Assembly: GCA_965648915.1 (NCBI GenBank)
Contig: CBFGIV010000004.1
Coordinates: forward strand, 58,069 to 81,614
DNA from: a candidate division WOR-3 bacterium
GTDB lineage: Bacteria > Hydrothermota > Tepidihabitantia > SM23-42 > CAYGYG01
DNA length: 23,546 nucleotides
Direction of reading: 5' to 3'
Each line of letters begins with the position of its first letter. The first letter of the stretch is position 1. Below the pieces are notes generated by a model. The model made no database searches. It saw only the letters and a list, made by a program, of their open reading frames with translations, and was not told the DNA's origin. Shown in pieces: positions 1 to 8,702 of this stretch. Made by a program: the position numbers and the translations under genes.

Positions 1-3000
1 CTTTTATCAGATGGCACAGAGATGGCAGGGGTTATTAGGGTGTCATCTATGCTGAGTCGAAGTTGATAGGTCATGTTCGATTTATGATAATAGTCCCAGC
101 CGATGGCATAGGTCTTCCCGGGATTCAGGCCGGTTATGCGATAGGTTAACTGTTTTGGATCAGTATCGACTGTCTGATAGGGCTTTGAACCATATTCAGA
201 AAAACAACTGCGCTCAATAGTAACCGGTGATTTTATTCTGGTACCAAGATTGTAAGAGAAGAGCGGATTTTGATCGGGACTCAGACTCCTTTTTACATAT
301 CTTATCGTATAAGGAAAGGTGTTGTCCTTTTCTGTATAGACGATAAAAAGACTTTCAGGGATGCCAAATGAGCCACTAAAGATAATCTCTGCCTGGCCAA
401 AGATCGAGGCAAGGTGGGGTGTATTGCTTACATTCTCAGGTTCACTCCACCCGTAATCAGTAGGCCAGGCGCGGTAGATCTCATAATCAGAGCCAGTATT
501 CTCAGTCCAGATGATATTATTGTATACCATCACCGGGAATAAAGAGGGTGTAGGTGTAAAAGAAACCTGTTCAATCGGTCCCCAGGTCGACCAGGGCCAG
601 ATGCGGTATATCCGATATATATTCACTTCTTCTGTTTCCCAGCCACCACTCCAGACCACATCAACCTCATCACCGTTGACGGTGATTGATGGATCCCGAC
701 CGAGGAGATGGTCCTGATTGAGCACCTCAATCGGACTGAAACCTGAGAAATCCCGATAACCATACCTGATCTCACCATTGAGCGCCCAGGTGAGGTGTAA
801 AACACCGTCAGTCGTTGTCTTCATTGAAGGTGGCCCAGCAACGGGTTGCTCAAAACCGTGATAAGAGTCAACCGTCTCCCAGTTGGTTATATCGGGATTG
901 CCAATGGTAAATGAGCTATAGAGTAATGACCAGTCATAATCCATAAGATTCTGATGGCACTGTTCAAAAGCAACATGAATAGTATTGCCGTCGATAACCA
1001 GGCAAGGGGCGATAAAGTAGCCCGGGCCAGTATTGGGATCGGTGTATAGAGTTACAGATGTCTGCCAGGCACCATTAACAGTCCAGGAATACATCAGGGA
1101 TCTTGTGCCCGATTGAGGGGTCGGTGGTGGAATTGGATAAGGGTATTGAACCGTATCCGGATAATCCAACGGTGGGTCATGCCTGATCCATAGTGTATGG
1201 AGTTCACCATTGGCATCCTGGACAATGGTGGGGTGCTCACCGTTGCCAAGTTCAGCAATATCTGACCAGTAGTTACCGCGGTCGGTTGTATAAGAGTATC
1301 TAATTGTATCGTTTGAATCTCTTATAAGATTTAACCTATCCTGACCATAAGAGATTTTTGATGCATTATTTAGACCTGTGGCCCGTGGTGTTGAACTGTA
1401 ATCGGCAATATTGACCCAAAAGGTTCTTACCGGACCCCAGGGGGAAACTATCCCTGACCAGTCCACACTAGCTACTTGATAATTAACACTAGCTACATTT
1501 GCTGGGACCTTCCAGGTTCCAACCAGACGATCGACCGGGGCAGAATGGTTGAGTATAGGAATATAAGAAGGACCACTGGTTGGGCAGATAAAGTAAGCCG
1601 CTATATCCGGTTCTGAACCAGACGGTTCTGCCCAGTGCATCTGTAACATACGGGTAGAAGGATCGAATTTGGACCAATCGTATATTACTCGACCTGATGG
1701 AGCTGAATTGTTTACTGAAGCACATGTTACTGATGGCGGACTTGGATCTACAGAATGGTAAAGATAAATTCCAGTCATAGTAGCAGAATATGAGAGAACC
1801 CGATATTCATATAATCTACCAGGAACAACGGTCCAGTCGTCATAATAACATTCAGTGCCTGCATTACCGATATAGATAAAAGGATCATCTGGCCGATTGG
1901 CAAGTCTGCGGCCAATAGAGTAACCGGCGGCATTGTTTCCGGGTTGCCAGGTCAATCTGATCCGTTCGCCATTATCATCCGGCCAATCCTGTGCTGTAAC
2001 ATCAGAAGGCGGGTCCGGGATTATTCCGCCACCTTGCAGCCAGTTTATATTCCAGGTGGGAGGATTGGTATATATCCACCATATCTGATTATCACAAGGG
2101 TCCCGGGTTTCAGCAACAACCTGAAAGTAGTAAACGCCGGCGGGTTCAGATTCATCTATATCAAATTCAACTTTATACTCAGAACTTTCATGGTAGGGTT
2201 CCCGATAGCAAGTATAAGATTCGGACATTCTACTCAGACGATTTCTTCTCGTTCGGCGAATGTGCCAGTGACTTATATTGGATTGAATCTCTGCTTTCCA
2301 GGTTATTGTTACCCGTGCCTTCGGTCCATTCGGTGGTGGATACCTTTCGACAGATAAAGCGGGTGGTTGATTATTCTCTAACCGCACCGGCAGGCATCGA
2401 CGATAGATATTTTCCGAAATCTGATAACCTCGTCCATATCCTCCAGCATACATCGTATCATTACCAGCATAGGTTATTGATTTAAGAGTAGTGTATCCAC
2501 GCTCATACTCATGGTCAAATGAGGTGGGTGATTGAAGATTGTCGATTGTGCCATAACTCCCGGCTAACCAGAATGGATACTGGGTTCGGTCTGTAACACA
2601 GGTAAACCAGACAGATCTGGTTGGCTCTATCTCAATCCTCTGCCAGGAACCATTATTTGTATACCCTGCATTGCCGAATCCTAAACCGACATAGCCTTGA
2701 TTATAATCTATCATACCCAGTTGATAATTGGCAAGCCTCTCACCCCAGGGTTCAACCGGCCTGCCTGATCGCCAGTCATAGCCCATATTTGAACCACCAA
2801 ATGGGTCGGGTATAAATGTCTCCCAGTTTATACCACCATCACTGGTTCGGGCAAAAAGACCGAAACAGTCACCAGAGACCCAGACTTCATTTGGGTTTGC
2901 CTGATTGACCCAGAGACCATAATAATAGACAGAGGTGTCAGGTATAGGAGATTGGGGAAGGCTCTTTGTGACTGACCAGTCTTTGCCACCATTGGTACTC

Positions 3001-3479
3001 TCTAAAATTATTCCATTACCACAGGAGATATAACCACGACTAATATTTGCAAATCGCACCTTGAGAAAGGGGGTATGGAAATAAAGATCAGAATTGATGC
3101 GTCCTGGATCCCATGTTTGGCCGCCATCTGTTGTGAAGAATACAACGCCTTTATATAGCTCAGGACTGCTTTTCTTTGTTTCACCAACGATCCAGCCATA
3201 ACAAGAGTTGATAAAGAAGACAGCATTGAAGTCGTAGTCTGTTTGGTTGGGGATATTTTCTTGTTTTATCCATTCATTATTACCATACCGCCTTAGGACT
3301 GCGCCACCTTCACCTACAGCCCAATCTTCACAACGATTTTCAGGTATTGCACAGATACCTCTTATTTTGATACCTGAGGTGGGGGTCTGGTTATTATCTC
3401 TGACCCAGATCCACTGGGCGATAGATAATGAAGAAAGAATCAATATACCGATGATTAAAAGTTTAGTCTTTACTCTCAT
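1..3479 (-). CDS. Large secreted multidomain protein (signal peptide, YCF48/BNR-type beta-propeller, fibronectin-III-like repeats, conserved C-terminal module); 3' end beyond the window edge
   Basis: Absent from the ORF track because the frame has no stop inside the window. ATG at 3479 with an AGAGG SD. Manual translation gives MRVKTKLLIIGILILSSLSIAQW (signal peptide), Asp-boxes TTDGGQTW, STNGGKDW, TSDGGINW, FN3-like PPSDVTAQDWPDDNGERIRLTW...YYDDWTVVPGRLYEYR, and stays open to ...SVPSDK at the edge (>1159 codons). Confidence 0.9.
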   Translation of the reverse strand, partial: MRVKTKLLIIGILILSSLSIAQWIWVRDNNQTPTSGIKIRGICAIPENRCEDWAVGEGGAVLRRYGNNEWIKQENIPNQTDYDFNAVFFINSCYGWIVGETKKSSPELYKGVVFFTTDGGQTWDPGRINSDLYFHTPFLKVRFANISRGYISCGNGIILESTNGGKDWSVTKSLPQSPIPDTSVYYYGLWVNQANPNEVWVSGDCFGLFARTSDGGINWETFIPDPFGGSNMGYDWRSGRPVEPWGERLANYQLGMIDYNQGYVGLGFGNAGYTNNGSWQRIEIEPTRSVWFTCVTDRTQYPFWLAGSYGTIDNLQSPTSFDHEYERGYTTLKSITYAGNDTMYAGGYGRGYQISENIYRRCLPVRLENNQPPALSVERYPPPNGPKARVTITWKAEIQSNISHWHIRRTRRNRLSRMSESYTCYREPYHESSEYKVEFDIDESEPAGVYYFQVVAETRDPCDNQIWWIYTNPPTWNINWLQGGGIIPDPPSDVTAQDWPDDNGERIRLTWQPGNNAAGYSIGRRLANRPDDPFIYIGNAGTECYYDDWTVVPGRLYEYRVLSYSATMTGIYLYHSVDPSPPSVTCASVNNSAPSGRVIYDWSKFDPSTRMLQMHWAEPSGSEPDIAAYFICPTSGPSYIPILNHSAPVDRLVGTWKVPANVASVNYQVASVDWSGIVSPWGPVRTFWVNIADYSSTPRATGLNNASKISYGQDRLNLIRDSNDTIRYSYTTDRGNYWSDIAELGNGEHPTIVQDANGELHTLWIRHDPPLDYPDTVQYPYPIPPPTPQSGTRSLMYSWTVNGAWQTSVTLYTDPNTGPGYFIAPCLVIDGNTIHVAFEQCHQNLMDYDWSLLYSSFTIGNPDITNWETVDSYHGFEQPVAGPPSMKTTTDGVLHLTWALNGEIRYGYRDFSGFSPIEVLNQDHLLGRDPSITVNGDEVDVVWSGGWETEEVNIYRIYRIWPWSTWGPIEQVSFTPTPSLFPVMVYNNIIWTENTGSDYEIYRAWPTDYGWSEPENVSNTPHLASIFGQAEIIFSGSFGIPESLFIVYTEKDNTFPYTIRYVKRSLSPDQNPLFSYNLGTRIKSPVTIERSCFSEYGSKPYQTVDTDPKQLTYRITGLNPGKTYAIGWDYYHKSNMTYQLRLSIDDTLITPAISVPSDK

Positions 3480-3555
3480 TTTAGCTTCCTCTTTTGTTAA
3501 AGGACAATCGACTTTTGACCATTTGCTTCTTAAATCATCTTACACCTCCGGGTTA

Positions 3556-3778
3556 AGAGTCGAAAGGGTCTGAGGGTCGGAGAGTCCGGGGGTCGAGGGT
3601 CGAAAAGAGATTGAGGATGGAGAATGGAAAAATAGAAAATAGAAGATTGAGTCTGAAGCAAAAAGACAGAAGATAGAAAATAGAGGATAGAAGATAAAAA
3701 GATAGATAATAGAAGATATAAGATGGAAGATTGAAGATTGAAATAAAAAGAGAGAAGATAGAAAGAGTAAGAAAAAAG
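3556..3778. repeat. Degenerate tandem repeats: ~8-mer (RAGGGTCN-like, 3556-3606) followed by ~7-mer (NGAAGAT-like, 3610-3778); strongly purine-skewed on the + strand
   Basis: AAGAGTCG AAAGGGTC TGAGGGTC GGAGAGTC CGGGGGTC GAGGGTC, then AGAAGAT AGAAAAT AGAGGAT AGAAGAT ... AGATAAT AGAAGAT ATAAGAT GGAAGAT TGAAGAT. Confidence 0.85.
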
Positions 3779-3781
3779 TGG

Positions 3782-3886
3782 TTAGTGCGGTATTCGCTCT
3801 CGAGAGAGAGAGAGAGAGAGGTCTCTCAGCAAAAATTTAACCTTTTTAAGGACAGGGAAAAACCCTGTCCCTGAATTTCTGTTCAA
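3782..3886 (-). CDS. Putative 34-aa leader peptide spanning the microsatellite (MNRNSGTGFFPVLKKVKFLLRDLSLSLSRERIPH)
   Basis: GGAGG SD 4 nt before a TTG at 3886; TAA at 3784-3782; lies between the promoter at 4029-4056 and the large gene. No homology evidence. Confidence 0.3.
   Translation of the reverse strand: MNRNSGTGFFPVLKKVKFLLRDLSLSLSRERIPH
3802..3820. repeat. (GA)9G dinucleotide microsatellite
   Basis: GAGAGAGAGAGAGAGAGAG read directly at 3802-3820. Confidence 0.95.
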
Positions 3887-4028
3887 TCTTCCTCCAATTA
3901 AGACTTACCAATCACAAAAATACATAATATTATTATCCGCACCCGTCAAAAGATGTAATTACCCAGCCTGCACCGGGCAGGCAGGCAATGACTAAAAAAT
4001 TTCTGACCATTCTCCCGAAGGATGCTCA

Positions 4029-4056
4029 ATTTTACTCATTTATAAAATTCTGTCAA
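4029..4056 (-). promoter_or_regulatory. sigma70-type promoter for the large secreted protein gene
   Basis: TTGACA-N16-TAAAAT on the minus strand. Confidence 0.65.
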
Positions 4057-4287
4057 TACAGAAAACTACTTATTTTTAAGTAAGTGTTTTTACTTAACTC
4101 AGAATTGTAATTTTCCCCTCAAATTTGCTGTTTTGATTATTTTGTAATAGGTGATAAGAGGATAAAAATTGAGACAATCTTTAGCACTCTTAAAAGTAGT
4201 TAAGATGGGCTATTCTACCGGAGGCAGATCACAATAGCCGGAAAGAAAGTATATACCTTCAGGCTTTCAGGCTTGACCCCATAACCT

Positions 4288-7035
4288 TCAGGCGGTGGTG
4301 TAGCCTTTATCTTTAAATTTTTTGGCAAGTGCGGCCTGGGCCGCAGCCAGCCGGGCAATTGGCACCCGGAAAGGTGAACAGGAGACATAGTCCATTCCGA
4401 CATCATGACAGAAATGGATCGATCTCGGGTCACCACCGTGTTCACCGCAGATGCCGACTTCAAGATTTTTCCTCGTTTTGCGTCCGCGCTCAATACCGAT
4501 CTTGATCAATTCACCGATCCCGCGTTGATCGATCGATTGAAATGGATCACCGGGGAGAATACCTTTTTTAATATAATCGGGTAAGAAACCGCCGGCATCG
4601 TCCCGGGAGAAACCGAAACCCATCTGGGTAAGATCATTCGTCCCGTAAGAGAAGAACTCGGCCGATCGGGCAATCTGATCAGCGACAAGGCAGGCGCGCG
4701 GGATTTCAATCATTGTACCGTACATATATTTTATCTTTTTGAGATTGTATTTTTTAAGGACTTCTTTATATACCCGATCGACGATCATCTTCTGATCTTC
4801 GAGTTCCTTTACTTCTCCAACCACCGGCACCATAATCTCGGGATAGGGGTGTTTACCTTCTTTAATCAATTCCGCCGCTGCTTCAAATATAGCGCGAACC
4901 TGCATTTCCGAGACTTCAGGATAGGTGATACCCAGCCTGACTCCACGGTGTCCCATCATCGGATTGGATTCATGGAGGCTCTCGGCGCGGTCTTTCAGTT
5001 CGTCAAGGGAGATATTCAATTCCTGTGCCAGTTTTTCTAATTTATCCTGCTCCCGGGGAACAAATTCGTGAAGAGGGGGGTCGAGAAGGCGAATCACAAC
5101 TGGATAACCATCCATTGCTTCAAGGGTTCCCTTGATATCGTTCTTGACATAGGGGAAGAGTTCGTCGAGCGCCTTGCGTCTCTCTTCTTCGGTCTTAGAG
5201 ATAATCATCTTGCGAAGAAGGAAGAGGGGGACATCCGAACCTTTTCCATAGAACATATGTTCGGTTCTCAAAAGGCCAATCCCCTCTGCTCCGAACTGTC
5301 TTGCCTTCTTTGCATCGGCAGGAGTGTCGGCATTGGTCCGGATACCTAATTTTCGAATCGAATCGCAGATTTTAAGAAATTCATGGAGCAGGACATTCTC
5401 TTCAGCCGAGGACATCATTGGCAACTGGCCCTCATACACATTCCCTTTTGTGCCGTTGAGCGTGATCCAGTCTCCCTGCTTGAAGGTCAGGTTGTCAATT
5501 TTAAGCAGTTGCTTATCATAATCGATGTTGAGCGCACTGCAGCCAACGATACAGCACTTGCCCCAGCCACGGGCAACCAGGGCGGCATGGGAGGTCATAC
5601 CACCGCGAGCAGTCAAAATTGCCTGTGCTGCCCTCATCCCTTCGACATCTTCAGGATTTGTCTCTTCCCGGACGAGGATAACTTTTTTACCCTGTTTGGT
5701 CCATTCTACTGCATCATTTGAGGTGAATACAATCTGGCCGGTAGCACCGCCCGGGCCAGCCGGAAGTCCCCGGGCCAGAACCTTGCTCGCCATCTCGGCT
5801 TTGGGATCGATCATAGGATGGAGGAGTTCATCGAGCTGGGCAGGAGTTACTCTCATTACTGCTTCTTCTTTGCTGATCAGTTTCTCTTTGACCATATCGA
5901 CCGCCATCCGGACTGCGGCCGGGCCGTTTCTCTTTCCCACCCGGCACTGGAGCATATAGAGTCTCTTCTTTTCGATTGTAAATTCGATATCCTGCATATC
6001 GCGATAGTGCTTATCCAGTTTCTTCTGGTAGGTATAAAGTTCCCGGTAGATCTCGGGCATTGCCTTTTCAAGCGTTATCAGGTCTTTATTATATTCAGAT
6101 TTCGAATATTCATTTATCGGCGCCGGTGTCCTTATCCCAGCCACAACATCTTCGCCCTGGGCATTGATCAGATATTCACCATAGAACTGATTCTCTCCGT
6201 TACCAGGATTCCGGGTGAAGGCGACACCGGTTGCTGAATCACTACCCATATTACCAAAGACCATTGCCTGGACATTACAGGCAGTTCCCCATTCATCCGG
6301 GATGCCCTCAATTCTCCGGTAACTGACCGCCCGTTTACCATTCCAGGAAGCGAATACTGCACCAATCCCTCCCCAGAGTTGTTGATTGTGGTCATCAGGA
6401 AATTCTTTTCCTAAGACCTGTTTGATCCTTTCCTTGAAAAGGGAACAGATTTCCTTGAGGTCATTTACTTTCAAATCGGTATCAGTCTTATAACCCCGTT
6501 TAACCTTTATATCATTCATAATCTCTTCTAACTGTTTACGTATACCCAGCCCCTCACCAGCGGGTTCAATACCTGCAGCCTTTTCCATAACGACATCGGC
6601 ATACATCATTATCAATCGGCGATAGGCATCATAAACGAAGCGCTCGTCACCGCTCTGTTTGATTAGACCAGGGATCGTCTTCTCGGTCAAGCCGATATTC
6701 AATACGGTCTCCATCATCCCGGGCATTGAACTGCGAGCACCGGAACGGACTGAAACGAGGAGAGGATTATCAGGATCGCCGAATTTCTTACCAATTAACT
6801 CTTCCATTCTTGCCAGTGCCTTTTTAACCTGGGGGCGTAACTCCCTGGGGTAGGTTTTCTTATGTTTATAATAGTAATTACAAACCTCGGTGGTGATTGT
6901 AAAACCCGGAGGAACCGGAATACCCAGATTGGTCATCTCAGCCAGATTGGCACCTTTACCTCCAAGGAGGTTTTTCATCCGGGCATTGCCATCGGCCTTT
7001 TTTCCTCCAAAAAAATAGACGATTTTTCTGCTCAT
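4288..7035 (-). CDS. ppdK: Pyruvate, phosphate dikinase
   Basis: 915 aa; LLGGKGANLAEM, VSVRSGA, GEDVVAGIRTP, phospho-His motif GGMTSHAALVAR, FSYGTNDLTQ, GICGEHGGDP, YVSCSPFRVPIARLAAAQ; AGGAG SD. Confidence 0.98.
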   Translation of the reverse strand: MSRKIVYFFGGKKADGNARMKNLLGGKGANLAEMTNLGIPVPPGFTITTEVCNYYYKHKKTYPRELRPQVKKALARMEELIGKKFGDPDNPLLVSVRSGARSSMPGMMETVLNIGLTEKTIPGLIKQSGDERFVYDAYRRLIMMYADVVMEKAAGIEPAGEGLGIRKQLEEIMNDIKVKRGYKTDTDLKVNDLKEICSLFKERIKQVLGKEFPDDHNQQLWGGIGAVFASWNGKRAVSYRRIEGIPDEWGTACNVQAMVFGNMGSDSATGVAFTRNPGNGENQFYGEYLINAQGEDVVAGIRTPAPINEYSKSEYNKDLITLEKAMPEIYRELYTYQKKLDKHYRDMQDIEFTIEKKRLYMLQCRVGKRNGPAAVRMAVDMVKEKLISKEEAVMRVTPAQLDELLHPMIDPKAEMASKVLARGLPAGPGGATGQIVFTSNDAVEWTKQGKKVILVREETNPEDVEGMRAAQAILTARGGMTSHAALVARGWGKCCIVGCSALNIDYDKQLLKIDNLTFKQGDWITLNGTKGNVYEGQLPMMSSAEENVLLHEFLKICDSIRKLGIRTNADTPADAKKARQFGAEGIGLLRTEHMFYGKGSDVPLFLLRKMIISKTEEERRKALDELFPYVKNDIKGTLEAMDGYPVVIRLLDPPLHEFVPREQDKLEKLAQELNISLDELKDRAESLHESNPMMGHRGVRLGITYPEVSEMQVRAIFEAAAELIKEGKHPYPEIMVPVVGEVKELEDQKMIVDRVYKEVLKKYNLKKIKYMYGTMIEIPRACLVADQIARSAEFFSYGTNDLTQMGFGFSRDDAGGFLPDYIKKGILPGDPFQSIDQRGIGELIKIGIERGRKTRKNLEVGICGEHGGDPRSIHFCHDVGMDYVSCSPFRVPIARLAAAQAALAKKFKDKGYTTA

Positions 7036-7049
7036 CTTGAAGCTCCTTT

Positions 7050-8372
7050 TTATAATTGATATTTTTTTAAGAATTTAGTCAGGATAATCTGAAGATTGGG
7101 AAAAGTAACTTCTTTTAATTCATAGTTAACCTTTACCGCCGGTTTATTCAACTTTAAGAAACGGGTGAGATTGACCGGGGTCGCAATGATAACAACTTCT
7201 GCTGGAATGCGATTGATGGTCTTTTCCAGTTCTTTTATCTGTTTTGCACCGTAACCAAGGGCGGGAACTACTGAGCGGATCTGGGGATAATTTTCGAAAG
7301 TTTTTCTAATTGAACCGACCGCATAGGGCCGGGGATTGACAATTCGTTTTGCTTTAAATTTGCGGGCGGCGACAATACCAGCACCGAAAGCCATCTCACC
7401 GTGAGTCAAAGTCGGCCCATCTTCTACAACCAGGGCGGTTTTATTTCTGATTAATTCGGGTCTACTGACTGAAATCGGTGACCGGGCTTCAATGATTGCT
7501 GCTCGACTATTTACCGCCTTAATATTCTTCTTTAACTGCTGGACATTACCGGGTGGCGCAGTATCAGTTTTGTTTATGATTACCACATCCGCCATCCTCA
7601 AATTCGCCTCACCCGGATGATAGGTTGTTTCGTGGTTGATCCGGAATGGGTCGCAGACAACGATATGGAGATCCGACTTAAAAAAAGGGAGGTCATTATT
7701 GCCGCCATCCCAGACAATGACATCGGAGATCTTTTCTGCAGCCTTTAATATCTTCCGGTAGTCCACCCCGGCAAATACTGTGTTTCCCCGACGGATGTGA
7801 GGTTCATACTCTTCACGTTCTTCGATCGTGCAGTGGTAGCGGTCGAGATCAGCAAGCGTTGTAAATTTTTGCACAACACTCTTGGAGAGATGGCCATAAG
7901 GCATTGGATGGCGGACGATTGAATAGCGAACCCCTTTGCTTTTTAAGATTTCACAGACTCGACGCGTGGTTTGACTCTTACCCGAGCCAGTGCGAATAGC
8001 ACAGATAGAAATGACTTTTTTCCGGGATGTGAGCATAGACGATTTCGGTCCTAACAACCAGAAGTCAGCCCCGGCCGCCAGGGCCTCAGAAGCCTTGTGC
8101 ATAACATAATTATGCGAGATATCACTGTAGGCAAAAACGACAATATCAACTTTTTTCTGTTTGATTAACCGGGTTAGTAGTTGCTCGGAATAGATGGGGA
8201 TTCCTCTTGGGTAGAGTTGGCCGGAGAGAGAAGGGGGATAGATGCGATTCTCAATATTCGGGATTTGAGTTGCGGTAAAGGCAACAACCCGATACCGGCG
8301 ATTGTTTTTAAAAAAGAGATTAAAATTATGAAAATCTCTGCCCGCAGCACCCATAATAATTACTTTCTTCAT
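7050..8372 (-). CDS. COG2403 P-loop enzyme (cyclic 2,3-diphosphoglycerate synthase-like / arginine synthetase ArcE-like)
   Basis: 440 aa; family N-terminus GAAGRDFHNFN...VVAFTATQIP, P-loop RTGSGKSQT, RHPMPYG, CTIEEREEYEP, WDGGNND, EDGPTLTHG. Confidence 0.88.
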   Translation of the reverse strand: MKKVIIMGAAGRDFHNFNLFFKNNRRYRVVAFTATQIPNIENRIYPPSLSGQLYPRGIPIYSEQLLTRLIKQKKVDIVVFAYSDISHNYVMHKASEALAAGADFWLLGPKSSMLTSRKKVISICAIRTGSGKSQTTRRVCEILKSKGVRYSIVRHPMPYGHLSKSVVQKFTTLADLDRYHCTIEEREEYEPHIRRGNTVFAGVDYRKILKAAEKISDVIVWDGGNNDLPFFKSDLHIVVCDPFRINHETTYHPGEANLRMADVVIINKTDTAPPGNVQQLKKNIKAVNSRAAIIEARSPISVSRPELIRNKTALVVEDGPTLTHGEMAFGAGIVAARKFKAKRIVNPRPYAVGSIRKTFENYPQIRSVVPALGYGAKQIKELEKTINRIPAEVVIIATPVNLTRFLKLNKPAVKVNYELKEVTFPNLQIILTKFLKKYQL

Positions 8373-8509
8373 ATCAGATCCTTATTTTATTCAGGTTGAT
8401 TCAAAACAATTTTTGCAAAAATTTTCCTTTCTGGGGCTAAATCCAATAGTTCCAAGTTTAAGTAAAACTTATTGAACCACAAATTATCTGGTGGGGATTA
8501 AGATATTTA

Positions 8510-8537
8510 ATTATATCCAGTTTTTTAAGACCGTCAA
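8510..8537 (-). promoter_or_regulatory. sigma70-type promoter for the COG2403-ppdK operon
   Basis: TTGACG-N16-TATAAT on the minus strand. Confidence 0.7.
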
Positions 8538-8562
8538 GATCATTTTTGGAATCAAAAAAAGA

Positions 8563-8590
8563 TTGACAAGGTAGGTTAAATGATTATAAT
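8563..8590 (+). promoter_or_regulatory. sigma70-type promoter for the two secreted propeller genes
   Basis: TTGACA-N16-TATAAT, both hexamers perfect. Confidence 0.75.
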
Positions 8591-8702
8591 AATTGTGTTA
8601 AGAGTTGGTCTTACCTGCCAGTGCCCCGACAGACAGGTGAATTTCCACAGGAATCAGAACACAACCGTTCTAAAATTAAGAGAGCAGTTAAGTTAATTGA
8701 AT

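Noticed and set aside
511..3573. Short track ORFs at the left end (511..717, 623..805, 1489..1725, 1944..2357, 2621..2815, 3008..3226, 3247..3573)
   Set aside because: All are antisense or off-frame shadows of the long minus-strand gene starting at 3479.
3556..3778. CRISPR array
   Set aside because: Units are 7-8 nt, degenerate and contiguous, with no unique spacers and no cas genes in the window.
4255..4293. Short CCTTCAGGC/TTTCAGGC repeats around the ppdK stop, as an att site or terminator
   Set aside because: Only 8-10 bp, no associated integrase and no U-tailed hairpin; not distinguishable from chance.
4215..7059. Many alternative-frame and antisense ORFs within ppdK, and likewise within the other long genes
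   Set aside because: No motifs or SD sites; expected shadow ORFs of real coding sequence.
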